Below are positions 1-11,285 of a stretch of DNA of 64,000 nucleotides, piece by piece. How positions within the stretch are numbered: the stretch's first letter is position 1; each line of letters starts with the position of its first letter. The stretch is taken from contig NC_068985.1 of the NCBI RefSeq assembly GCF_001194135.2, positions 3,185,591 through 3,249,590 of the forward strand, read 5' to 3'. The position numbers and the translations under genes are program-made. This DNA comes from Octopus bimaculoides (Eukaryota). The notes beneath the pieces were generated by a model. It searched no databases, had not been told where the DNA came from, and saw only the letters and a program-made list of their open reading frames with translations.

Positions 1-22
1 ATTTCTGTATACGTATATAACC

Positions 23-3000
23 ATGCCTACAAGGAAAAGATCAAATTTATCTAAAATATCAAGGTCAGCCAAAAGAATGTCTCTGTCCAGAGAAAGAGAG
101 ACACCTGAAGAAAGGGAAGCACGCCAAGAAATGAACAGACTGTGCACTACAAAAGCCAGAGCATCTCAAAGTGATGAACAGAGGAATGCACGACTAACAA
201 GGAACAGGATCGCCACTGCAAAACAAAGAGCAGTTGCAACAGCTCAGAGAAGCAATTTCGATAAAGCAGCTTTCAAATATGATCCAAAAGTTCATTATGC
301 AGATGACGATAGAGTTACCATCGGTGCAATGACAACTGAGTGCATATATTGTAAAGCAAGGAAGTGGCCTGGAGAGACACCTGCATTGTGCTGCAGCGGT
401 GGAAAGGTTAAACTCCCAGCAATCCCCCAACCTCCAGAGCCATTGAAGAAACTGTTGTCATCAAATGACCAAGATTCTAAGCACTTCCAGAACAAAATTA
501 GACAGTACAACGCTGCACTACAGATGACATCATTTGGAGCCACAAGAAATTTAACTGAGCCAGGATTCATGCAAACTTTCAAGGTCCAAGGTCAGATTTA
601 TCATCAGATTGGCTCTCTACTACCTCTGGCAAATGAATCACCAAAATTCCTTCAAATATATTTTATGGGTGATTCTCAACAAGAAGGGAAAGAGAGGTGC
701 AAGAACATTTCCGACATCAGGATGGACATTGTAGTGTCTCTGCAAAAGATGCTGCATGACAACAACAACCTGATCAGAAGCTTCAAGACTGCACTTGAAA
801 CAATTCCACCCAACTCCATGGATTACAAGGTAGTTATCAGATCAGACAAGAAACCATCTGGTCAACATGGAGACAGGTTTAGTGCGCCATCAACAAATGA
901 AATAGCTGTGGTTCTGGTTGGGCAAGAACATGACAAGCGTGACATTGTCCTCCATCTCAGAGACAATAAAGTGAAGAGAATTTCAGAAACACACAGATTC
1001 TATGATGCACTACAATATCCATTGCTGTTCTTTTATGGACAAGATACTTACCACATTAACATTAGTCAGACAAACTCCTCAAAGCAAGTTTCATCCAATG
1101 ACTTCTATGCATTCCACATGATGGTCAGGAGTCAAGATTCAAACCACATCCTACATTGTGGAGATCTGTTCAGTCAGTTTATAGTTGACATGTATGCAAA
1201 AATTGAAAGTGAACGATTACTCTACTTGAAACAGAACCAGAAGCAACTGAGAGTGGAATCATATGCACACCTGCAAGAAGCAATGCTGAATGATCATGAT
1301 GTCAACAACATGGGCCAGCGGATCATCCTTCCATCATCATTCACAGGAAGCCCAAGATACATGCATGAGCGCACACAAGATGCCATGACATATGTTAGAC
1401 ACTATGGCAGAGCAGACCTCTTCATAACCTTCACATGCAACCCTAAATGGAAAGAGATTCAAAATGAACTCTTCCCAAACCAACAGCCTAAACATAGACA
1501 TGACATAATTGCAAGGGTCTTCAGACAGAAGCTTATCAAGCTTATGCAGTTACTGACCAAAGATAAAGTGTTCGGTGCCACTAGATGCTACATGTATACA
1601 ATAGAGTGGCAGAAATGTGGACTTCCTCATGCACACATCCTGCTCTGGCTTACAGACAAAATTCATGCCAGAATGATAGACAAATTCATCAGAGCAGAGA
1701 TTCCAGATCCTCGGGAAGATCCAGAACTTTTTAATGTGGTCAAGACCCAAATGGTACATGGTCCATGTGGGAACATCAACCTACATTCTCCATGCATGCA
1801 GGATAGGAAGTGTACAAAAGGCTTTCCAAAGAAGTTCCTTCAAGAGACACAGATTGGACATGATGGCTATCCACACTACAGAAGAAGAAAACCAGGTGAT
1901 GGTGGATTTGAAACCACCATCAAGAAGTCATCTCATACTGAAATTCCTGTTGACAACAGGTGGATAGTACCATACTGTCCCCTCCTCTCCAAGATATTCA
2001 ATGCACACATCAATGTTGAGTTCTGTAACTCAGTGAAATCCATTAAGTATGTGTGCAAATATGTCAACAAGGGATCTGACATGGCAGTCTTTGCAGTCCA
2101 GGATTCCGAGAACAATGATGAAATCAAGACCTTCCAAATGGGAAGGTATATCAGTAGTGGTGAAGCATGTTGGAGAATCTTCAAGTTCCCCATTCATGAC
2201 AGATATCCCTATGTGCAACGTCTTGCAGTTCATTTGGAGAATGGCGAAAGGGTTTACTTCACCCCAGACACAGTCCAACAACAAATGGAAGCTCCCAAAA
2301 ATACCACGCTCACAGCATTCTTCAAGCTCTGTCAAAATGATGAATTTGCTACAACACTACTATACAATGAAGTTCCACAATTCTATACCTGGTGCCAAAA
2401 CAAATGGGAAAGACGTGCACTTGGAGCACCCACACGTCATCTGGGAATCAAGAAATCAGACACACTTGGCAGAGTTTATGATGTCCATCCCAACTACTCA
2501 GAGTGCTACTATCTAAGGCTTCTATTACACCATGTCAAGGGACCCAAATCATTTACGGCCTTACGAACGGTTGATAACACAGTATGTCAAACATATCGCC
2601 AGGCTTGCCATCTCAGAGGTCTTCTGGAAGATGATGCACACTGGGATGCCACTCTGAGAGAGGCACAAATGTGCAAGTCTCCTATACAGCTGAGAAACCT
2701 CTTCTCCATCATGCTGGTGAACTGTGGATTGTCAAATCCAAATAAACTTTGGGACAAATACAAGGAGGGGCTTTCTGAAGACATTCTTCAAAGAATTCAA
2801 TATCAGTGTGACGGTGATGTCACATTCAATGATGACATCTTCAATGAGACATTAAGATTAATAGACGACAAGGTTCAATTACTGGCTGGAAACAAACTTG
2901 AAATTTATTGTCTTCCAGCTCCTGTCAGAGATGTTCAACACACATTAGCACAAGAGCTAATCAGGGAAACATCATACAACACGGAAAGTTTGCAAGCATT

Positions 3001-4387
3001 TGTCAATGAAAAGGAACCTATTCTGGTACAGGATCAAAAGGAGGTATACTGGCAAGTTCTTACATCCATGGATAACAACACTGGTGGGGTCTTCTTCTTA
3101 GATGCTCCAGGAGGCACAGGAAAGACATTATTGATCAACCTGCTCCTTGCCAAGGTGAGACAGAAGAAGAAAATTGCTCTGGCTGTTGCATCCTCTGGAC
3201 TTGCAGCCACACTCCTAACAGGGGGAAGAACAGCCCATTCAACATTTAAGCTGCCTCTCAACCTCATCGAAAATGAATCTCCTTTATGCAACATATCCAA
3301 GAATACTGCATTAGCAAAGCTCCTTACAGATGCCAAACTCATTGTCTGGGATGAGGCAACAATGTCCCATAAGGTAGCCTTTGAAGCGCTAGATAGAACA
3401 CTACAAGACTTCAGAAACAATAAGAAGATCATGGGTGGTGTCACCTTCCTCATGGCTGGTGACTTCAGGCAAACGCTGCCTGTCATTCCCAGAGGAACAA
3501 GGGCAGATGAGCTAATAGCTTGCATCAAGTCCTCATATATCTGGCAACATGTCAAGCAGCTTACTCTGACAACCAACATGAGGGTTCACATTCATGAAGA
3601 CCCGTTAGCTGCACAGTTCTCCAACAAATTACTTGACATTGGAAATGGAAAACTTCGACAGGATCCAGAAGATAACCTGCACCACCTCCCATGTGGTAAT
3701 ATGATTGCCTCTCTTGAAGACCTGACGAGCAAGGTGTTTCCAAACATTGCCACATATTATAAAAACCACAAGTGGCTATGTGAAAGAACAATTCTGGCAC
3801 CAAGGAATGATGCTGTAGACAAGCTGAATCTAAAGTTGTTGTCTCGGCTACCAGGACCTGAATGTTCATACAGATCAACTGACTCTGTCCCTGATCAAGA
3901 ACAAGCAACACATTACCCAGTGGAGTTCCTCAATTCACTGCAACCACCAGGATTTCCACCACACATTCTGATCGTGAAAACAGGTGCTCCTATAATGCTG
4001 TTAAGAAACCTTGATGCACCCAGACTCTGCAATGGAACAAGGTTGGTTGTTAAAACAGCCAGGCCCCATGTGTTGGAAGCAACAATAATTACAGGCAGCA
4101 TGATGGGTGAGAATGTCTTCATTCCAAGGATACCTCTCATCTCAAATGATCTCCCCCTTCAGTTCAAGAGACTGCAGTTTCCTGTCAAACTTAGCTTTGC
4201 AATGTCTATCAACAAAGCACAAGGTCAATCTCTAAAGGTGGTGGGACTTAACCTCCTTCAACCTTGCTTCTCACATGGTCAGCTGTATGTTGGATGTTCT
4301 AGAGTTGGTGATGAAAAGAACCTCTACATTCTCAGTGATACACATGGCAAGACAGAAAACATAGTATATGAAGAAGCACTTAAATGA
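23..4387 (+). CDS. Helitron RepHel transposase (HUH Rep endonuclease + PIF1-like SF1 helicase), intronless, 1454 aa
   Basis: Zn-finger-like CIYC...CC (~341-392). Rep motifs FITFTCNPKW (1421-1450), EWQKCGLPHAH (HUH, ~1604-1636) and KYVCKY (2045-2062). Helicase motifs DAPGGTGKT (3101-3127), WDEA (~3347-3358), GDFRQTLP, NGTR, QFPVKLSFAMSINKAQGQS and HGQLYVGCSR. No stops or frameshifts. Confidence 0.96.
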   Translation: MPTRKRSNLSKISRSAKRMSLSRERETPEEREARQEMNRLCTTKARASQSDEQRNARLTRNRIATAKQRAVATAQRSNFDKAAFKYDPKVHYADDDRVTIGAMTTECIYCKARKWPGETPALCCSGGKVKLPAIPQPPEPLKKLLSSNDQDSKHFQNKIRQYNAALQMTSFGATRNLTEPGFMQTFKVQGQIYHQIGSLLPLANESPKFLQIYFMGDSQQEGKERCKNISDIRMDIVVSLQKMLHDNNNLIRSFKTALETIPPNSMDYKVVIRSDKKPSGQHGDRFSAPSTNEIAVVLVGQEHDKRDIVLHLRDNKVKRISETHRFYDALQYPLLFFYGQDTYHINISQTNSSKQVSSNDFYAFHMMVRSQDSNHILHCGDLFSQFIVDMYAKIESERLLYLKQNQKQLRVESYAHLQEAMLNDHDVNNMGQRIILPSSFTGSPRYMHERTQDAMTYVRHYGRADLFITFTCNPKWKEIQNELFPNQQPKHRHDIIARVFRQKLIKLMQLLTKDKVFGATRCYMYTIEWQKCGLPHAHILLWLTDKIHARMIDKFIRAEIPDPREDPELFNVVKTQMVHGPCGNINLHSPCMQDRKCTKGFPKKFLQETQIGHDGYPHYRRRKPGDGGFETTIKKSSHTEIPVDNRWIVPYCPLLSKIFNAHINVEFCNSVKSIKYVCKYVNKGSDMAVFAVQDSENNDEIKTFQMGRYISSGEACWRIFKFPIHDRYPYVQRLAVHLENGERVYFTPDTVQQQMEAPKNTTLTAFFKLCQNDEFATTLLYNEVPQFYTWCQNKWERRALGAPTRHLGIKKSDTLGRVYDVHPNYSECYYLRLLLHHVKGPKSFTALRTVDNTVCQTYRQACHLRGLLEDDAHWDATLREAQMCKSPIQLRNLFSIMLVNCGLSNPNKLWDKYKEGLSEDILQRIQYQCDGDVTFNDDIFNETLRLIDDKVQLLAGNKLEIYCLPAPVRDVQHTLAQELIRETSYNTESLQAFVNEKEPILVQDQKEVYWQVLTSMDNNTGGVFFLDAPGGTGKTLLINLLLAKVRQKKKIALAVASSGLAATLLTGGRTAHSTFKLPLNLIENESPLCNISKNTALAKLLTDAKLIVWDEATMSHKVAFEALDRTLQDFRNNKKIMGGVTFLMAGDFRQTLPVIPRGTRADELIACIKSSYIWQHVKQLTLTTNMRVHIHEDPLAAQFSNKLLDIGNGKLRQDPEDNLHHLPCGNMIASLEDLTSKVFPNIATYYKNHKWLCERTILAPRNDAVDKLNLKLLSRLPGPECSYRSTDSVPDQEQATHYPVEFLNSLQPPGFPPHILIVKTGAPIMLLRNLDAPRLCNGTRLVVKTARPHVLEATIITGSMMGENVFIPRIPLISNDLPLQFKRLQFPVKLSFAMSINKAQGQSLKVVGLNLLQPCFSHGQLYVGCSRVGDEKNLYILSDTHGKTENIVYEEALK

Positions 4388-4746
4388 ATAGTGTGTCCAT
4401 GTCATATACTGAAGTGTAAAACCAATGAGTGTTAAAGTAAGTATTACTTTCAGCTTTTGACTGACATGCATGAATGTATATCTGTGTGTATCAAAGTGAA
4501 ACAATAACATGATATATTTGCTGTCTGTCTGTTTGTGTGTGTGTACTCTACTTTCACGGTTTAAAATCTGTACCTGTTTTTGAACTATGTGTATCTACTT
4601 TATATACACATGAGTTGAAAATTTTCTATGTTCCTTGCTGGCATGGGTTGGAAAGTTATTAATGTACAACGTTGGTTTCTCAGCTACTAGCAGTTGAGAC
4701 TTACATAATCTAGATGGCATTTTTAAATTTCATTATTTTCTTTAAT

Positions 4747-4773
4747 CCGGGCAAAGCCAAGTATTTCTGCTAG
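4747..4773 (+). other. Helitron 3' subterminal hairpin (degenerate) and CTAG terminus
   Basis: ccgggcaaagccaagtatttctgCTAG|T; near-identical 30-nt end in the second Helitron at 29496-29525 (minus strand). Confidence 0.8.
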
Positions 4774-4802
4774 TTATAATATATAACTATAAAACACAAA
4801 CA

Positions 4803-4968
4803 CTCATATACGACAAGCTTTTCTTCAATTTCCGTCTACTAAATCCACAAATCCATTCACAATGCCTTGGGTTATAGTGGAAGACATTTGCCCAAAGTGG
4901 TATATAGTGGGACAGAAGCCAAAGCTATGGGGAGTTTAATGTAACATCTTTAGCCAGACAGCCATATC
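4803..4968 (-). mobile_element. tRNA-derived SINE family A, degenerate 5' part
   Basis: Aligns by eye with copies at 7468, 25474, 42225, 42598 and 52679 (shared gaagacacttgcccaa / ccaaatccactcacaagg blocks). Confidence 0.6.
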
Positions 4969-4970
4969 AG

Positions 4971-5070
<100 letters not shown>

Positions 5071-5072
5071 TA

Positions 5073-5957
5073 GGGTGCAGTGAATAAACTATTGTGTAAA
5101 TTACACAAGAATAAAAATAACACTGCCATCTCGTTTTAACAGATATATTTACCAAAATTACATTAAAATATCTTGAAATACTAAAGAGTAAATTTATTCA
5201 TTAAAATCGCCATTGGTTTCAACCACGGCCTCCAGACGATTTCGGAATCTCCTGCAATTCATCTGGATGGTCACCTTGTTTAAGTTGGTGAATGCTGCCA
5301 TAATCCTTGCCTTCAGTTCATCTTTGGTGTTACAAGGAGTTTTGTTGGTCTCTCGTTCAACTGCAACCCACACATAATAATCAAGGGGGTTGCAATCTGG
5401 GGAGTTATGTGGTCAGAGGTTGGGAATGATTTGGTCGCAGAAATTGTCTGACAGCCACGACTGGGTTCTGTTTGTGTGGCATGGTGCAGAGTCCTGTTGC
5501 CAGATATAAGGTCTTCCAGCAGCCACCCTCTTGACCCAGGGCAGTACTACCTCCTCCAGGCACTTGATATAGGCCTCCATACTACATCTGAGGCCCTGTT
5601 GGAAGATGAAAGGAGGCGTAATGTCGTCATCACTAGTGATTACTTCAAACAGCATGATGTTGACTGGATGTTTGATTTTAATCATTCTTGGTACATGTCC
5701 TTAGATTGCACTGTCCTCAGATTGACATCCAAACATTCTGAAATGTTCATATTGGAGTTTCTGGCATGAATGCTAAGCAGTACAGCATGTCATTTCCAAA
5801 TTTCTGGCAGAGTGAATTGCATCATGGTGTTGTTTTTCTTGCAGATGGTGCCCGACTGACCCTGCTATACTGTGTAGTCGACAAAATCAAAGACAAAACA
5901 ATGTGCATGCACGAAATAAAAAATATAATATGGTGATAATTTACCCATCGCACCCTG
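5073..5957 (-). mobile_element. maT (DD37D) Tc1/mariner transposon, internally deleted, inactive
   Basis: Right TIR ...tttacccatcgcaccctg|TA; left TIR partly eroded. Transposase fragments KHPVNIMLFEVI, WQQDSAPCH and *PHNSPDCNPLDYYVW. Lacks about 430 bp present in the 44224 copy. Confidence 0.88.
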
Positions 5958-6319
5958 TATATACACGCGGGGAGGTGCTAGTATGTTTGTGCATGAGTGT
6001 TTTTGTGAATGGTCGTGTTTGTAAGTGTGTGAGCATGCTTGTGAGTGTGGATGTGTGTGTATGTGTGTGCATGTGTGTGTGTGTGTGGTTCAGGGTTCGG
6101 TCCCAAAGTTGCAACTGGGGCAAGGGGAAAAGATATTGTTGAAGTAAATGGGATGGTAAGAGCAATGTAGAAGTGAGGATTGAAGTGTGGGACAAAATCA
6201 TGGAGGCATGTGGAAAGCCCCCCCCCCACTCCAAAGACAAAGGTTTAAGCTAAAACGTGCCAACAAAATGCATGAATTCTGTGAAGAGATAAAAATTCTT
6301 TTAGAAGACACATGGCTTC

Positions 6320-6660
6320 TTCATCATCACCATCATCATCATCCATCATTCTGAATCCGGGTTTTGTCCCCGTTAACGGGGGTCGCTGGATCTACCTCAA
6401 TGCCATAGCAACTACCCTCACACCATCTTGCCTGGTTTTGGGCATCCTCCCTTCTCAAGCCAACCCATCCAATCTCCTCCTCCACCCGTCCCCTCCACAT
6501 TTTCCTCAGTCTACCTTGCTTTCGCTGTCCATTTACCTCAGAACATGCTCCTCATCAACACCCTCTTCAGAACATGCCCATAGCACCGCACTCCATTCGC
6601 CTTTGTCAACCGTTCCATCACTTCCTCCAACCCCAGCATCCCATACATGCTCAAGCATAT
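6320..6660 (-). mobile_element. RTE-clade LINE 3' fragment (separate subfamily) with GAT-rich tail
   Basis: Minus strand encodes a degenerate GHVLKR-DEEHVLR RT C-terminus followed by a (GAT)n-like tail. Confidence 0.65.
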
Positions 6661-7315
6661 TCAAGTGTAGGTGTGTGTGTGTATGTGTGTATGTGGTGGG
6701 TGGGTGTTTGGGTGTAGGGGTGAGTGTATGTACATGGGTGGGTGTATGAATGTTGTCTAAGTGTGTGCATCTGCATATATGTAAATGCATTTACACCCTT
6801 GGGTTGATGTATTTATTGTATTGCAACTGGTTCTCATGTATTTTAGATTTCTTCACACAAAAAAAAAATGTTATCTAACTTCTACACATAGCAAAACCTT
6901 GCACATTTAACTAGACTTCACTATACATACATACACACACACACACAGACAAAAATACCAGTAGCATGAAATCTCCACTACACCTTTCATTTTCTCTCCT
7001 TTGCTAGTGCTCTTCCTCTTCATTCTTCTCCCTCTCTCGCTCTTCCAACTTGTCTCTCTACCTGACTTCAATGAGACCCACATTGTGCTTTTACTTTGTC
7101 ATTCCATCCCACTTCCAAGCTTTCATTCTACCTCAGACTTTTCATGTAGACAGAGAACATAAATGCATCATGTTTTTTTGTTTTTTTTTTTACTTCTCTT
7201 CCTCTTGCCTCATTTAATTTTTTACATGTTTTCTCTTCTTCAATAAAGAGTATCACCCAAAATAACAGACACACTTCTGTTTCTTTTACTGGCATATTTA
7301 CCTTCATTGTAAATT

Positions 7316-7349
<34 letters not shown>

Positions 7350-7467
7350 CATATTTCTACATTTTTTTACAGAAATCTACTTTTCCTTGCCTGACTCTGT
7401 CTTGTTTGTTTCACTCCTTTTTACCTCATAAACTTGTTTGATTTTCATTATATATATCCATATTTAT

Positions 7468-7832
7468 CTTTTACTTGTTTCAATCATTAGACTGCGACCA
7501 TGCTGGGGCACCACCTTGAAGGAATTTAGTTGAATGAATCAACCCCACTGCTTACAGTTTTAAGCCTGCTACTTATTCTATTCGTCTCTTTTGCCAAGCA
7601 GCTAAGTTACGGGGATGTAAGCACACCAAGACTAGCTGTCAAGCAGCAGTGGGATCAAACACAGACAAACATGTGCACAAATGCATGCACACACATAAGC
7701 GACAGGCTTCTTTCAGTTTCTAGCAATTCACTCACTTAGGTAAGCATGAGCCTATAGTAGAAGATACTGGCCCAAGGTGCCACACAGGGGAACTGAACCT
7801 GTAGCCATGTGGTTGGGAAGCAAACTTCTTAC

Positions 7833-7838
<6 letters not shown>
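7468..7838 (-). mobile_element. tRNA-derived SINE family A, long form
   Basis: cttttacttgtttc...gactgcgaccatgctggggcacc body, internal CA-rich tract and ggttgggaagcaaacttcttaccacac head; same layout at 41508, 42598 and 52679. Confidence 0.7.
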
Positions 7839-7896
<58 letters not shown>

Positions 7897-9496
7897 TTAT
7901 TGTTAGCTTCATTTTAATGTCTACTCATCAGTGTTTGGATGAATCAGACAAGAGTATGTTACTGCAGAGTTCTTTACAGCTAAATACCATTTCTGATGCC
8001 AACCCCCAACCTCCACCTTCAATTTCATATTATATTACAAGCAGATCCACCAGTGAGCACAACCAGTCACATTATGCTGACTGAAATATAAGAGTGATCT
8101 ATCCCAAGTCAGTCCATCACATCTCCCACTTTTATCGTCTGATGCTGAAGAGGAGATAACTACTCCAAAATACCAGCATCCATTAGTCTAACTAGGGAGT
8201 GCTTTAAAATGACTTAGTGTATGTACACCTATGTGTCTACAGGAAAAAATATACACATATTTCCTCCATGACAAAGAATGGCTTTTTTATGCATTTGAAT
8301 ATGCTTCAAGCATATTTGAACTAGTAACAAGTTTATAGTTGTCTGATATGTACCACATTTTTAATATATCACCTATATGTACACAAATCCCTTTTTTTAG
8401 TAACTACTTATCTCCTGTCAAATTCACTTACATGTAGGGTGTATGTGTGTGTGTGTGTGGACATGCATGGCTGTATATGCACATATGAATGTCACCTTTA
8501 ATGAACAGCTTGAGTAATTCATAAGTTCAACAAGTAATGAAATGTACTTAATCACTGCTTTTAAAGCCCTATGGATGTGATTATTTTTAAGTATTTGAAT
8601 TCATTGTGTAATATAACACATCAACAATGCTCAATATATTCAGATTTGCACATACACTGTTTTATGTAGACACCCCTGCATGTGTAATTTTTTTTAAATA
8701 GATATACACACAGTTAGTACAATTACCATCTTTATACTGCTAATCTAATATCTTTTTTTTTTTTTTTGATCAGTGGAACACACAAAAGTGAAGAATAAAA
8801 TTCATATGGAAGCTTTCATCTTGTCAACAAAAAGTATGTCTCTGAAGAAGAAAGAAGACAATCAAACATTTCAATCATAAGTTTGTTTATCATGGTATCA
8901 AATTTGAAAGTAAACACAATATATCTTATAATCTGATAAATAGAAAATGTTTACTTTTATTTTTCTACATATCATTTAATACCAGAGGATATTGCAAACT
9001 AGAGCTCAACATCCCAAGATATTTACAACTGTGGTAGCATTTCTTTAAATAAATTGTTGTTTTTAAAACCTGTTGTGCTGAGTTCATTCTACTATGTTCT
9101 ACACCAGCAGCTCCCAGGGCTTCATGCCACCTTCAAGCATCCTTCCAGTAACCTTTGACAGTCTTCCCTCTAGAAATAAAAAGTTTTCTCTAATTGACTT
9201 GTGCTTTACATTTTTTGGTGTGGCCCTTAAAAAAATCCAGGTTTAGGCTCTGGCTTGGATATTAAAATAGTTGAGACCCACTGTTCTAAGTTTACTCTCT
9301 TAAAATAAAATTAAGAAAATGATCATCCTACACATCATTTCAACCCAATTGGTTCATTTCGTCTCTGTTCTTTTAGAAAGCAGAAAGCAGTACATACAAC
9401 CTTTCATTTCCAAGACAAGACTGATAACTTTCATCAGTATTCTCAGTCCCACATATCAACGTCAAGATAGTCAACACAGCCTATGGACTATGTCTT

Positions 9497-9800
9497 GTCA
9501 TCATCATCAAGGTCCAATTTCCATGTTGACAGGAGTTGGACAGTTTGACAAGAGCTGGTAAGCCACAGAGCTGCACCAGGCTTCAACTCTCTGTTTTGCC
9601 CTTCCTAATACCAACCACTTTACAGAGTGTACTGGAAGCTTTTTATGTTGCACCAGTGCTTTATACATGGCACCAGCACCAGTGCTTTTTTGTGGCACTA
9701 ACATGGGTGCTTTTTACATGACATTGACATCGGTGCTGTACATGTGGCACTGGCACAGGTGTTTTATACATGCCACTAACACAGGTGCTTTTTCTGTGGC
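9497..9800 (-). mobile_element. RTE LINE 3'UTR/tail fragment with internal ~27-nt tandem units
   Basis: (CAT)n tail, ccatgttgacagg...gcccttcctaataccaacc core and repeated tggcaccagca..gtgcttttt units. Confidence 0.75.
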
Positions 9801-11285
9801 TGTCTTATTTATTGTGAAAATGTTTTCTTTGGTTTTTGTGGTGGTTTCTTTATATTTTTTATGGAAAAAACTCAAGTCAAATTTATAAGGAGGAAATAAA
9901 TAAAAAGTGGAGAGTATGGATGATCAAATCATTTATGACAAACCAAACATTTTATCATAATCAGTATGTTGAGGCCAAGACACTTCATTCTGAAAGACGG
10001 ATACACCTAGCTTTAAGTGGATGTTGTATGTGGTGTAACAGAAGACTTCAGAAACTTGAAGTATTCAACAACTTCATGGGGCTTTATGATTTAGAAAAAT
10101 TGTTAGAAATGAGAGATTGCAATGCTGATATTGTTTCCAAGGGTAAAAATCTAAGTGTAATAGTATCAATTAAAAATAAAAATCAGAAGATAATCTCAAT
10201 TTTCTGAAGACATAACAAACTACAGAAAACCAATTTAGTAAAATATTTTTAAATGAACTGAAACAATTAATATTGTTCAGTATACTTAGCACTTCAATTT
10301 AAAATATAGTTTCATTTAATTAATTCTTTTTTTTCTTTAAATTAATTTTTCAATAATCTTTAAGAACTTGTGTTTAAGGTCACATATAAATGAGAATAGC
10401 ACAATGAATATTTCAGTTTCATGAAATCCTCACAGACAGTAAAAAAAATTTTGTTTAATTCTGTAAATATTTCATCTAAATCTATGTTTTGGGTATTGTG
10501 AATAATGTATAACCTTTTCACTCAATATATGTTGCTATCTATATCCAGCTGCAATCAGGGTAAGACATTTGTCTAGTTCTTTTTCAATGACAAAGTAGAT
10601 TTCAGTTAGTTACACAAGATACTACAAAATTCTATGACTGCCTTAGACTACTGCTCGAAACAAATCTTGAGTTATCTATGGTAAATTTCTGAATCTATCC
10701 TTAGGAACCCTGGTGAAAGTAAAAACATACCATACACAGACTTGTACTAGCAAATTGAAACACGAAGGTCAACAGCAGCAGCACTTTACAGTTAATCATT
10801 TGGTCAAAAACAGCAGCTAAATTACCCTCAAATCACACTCTCGATCATCTTAAAAACACTATCTTTAAAAAATGTGGGGGTCATGACTGGAACATGTATG
10901 AATACAGTTCTTTTTGGTGCTAAACAACAACTCTAGCACAATTGCATGGTGTGAAGCTATTTTCTGTGTATGACACTTTTTGCCTCAGTGTACAGTTTTT
11001 AATAAACTACAAATGATTTTTTTATACATATATATGGTGCTTTATATTTATAAAAGAAAAGTATAATGTGGCAAACATTTCATTTAACAGTGTATTTAAA
11101 TGTTCAAGCATTTTCTTTACCTAAATACATGCAGATTAGTGCACTTCATGTTTTAATGATAAAAATAAAAACCCTTCAATTTTCATCTACTGAGTTACAA
11201 TATCATTATGCCTGTGTTCCATAAGTTCAACAGATTTAGGAGTCATTTACTTAATACAAAACCTCCAAAGCTTCATACCGTAAGA

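Larger units (their letters stand above)
1..4773 (+). mobile_element. Autonomous-type Helitron (rolling-circle transposon); 5' end lies upstream of the window
   Basis: Full RepHel ORF followed about 390 bp later by ccgggcaaagcc...CTAG|T (CTAG 4770-4773, T at 4774), the typical Helitron 3' terminus. Confidence 0.93.

Noticed and set aside
194-4510. Short ORFs overlapping the Helitron CDS on either strand (e.g. 3034-3579, 2049-2516)
   Set aside because: Shadow ORFs of a long coding frame; no recognisable motifs.
6698-6720. G-quadruplex-type motif GGGTGGGTGTTTGGGTGTAGGGG
   Set aside because: Arises from a degenerate TG microsatellite; nothing links it to a function.
9836-10207. 123-aa plus-strand ORF
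   Set aside because: No recognisable domain or splice structure; length compatible with chance in AT-rich DNA.
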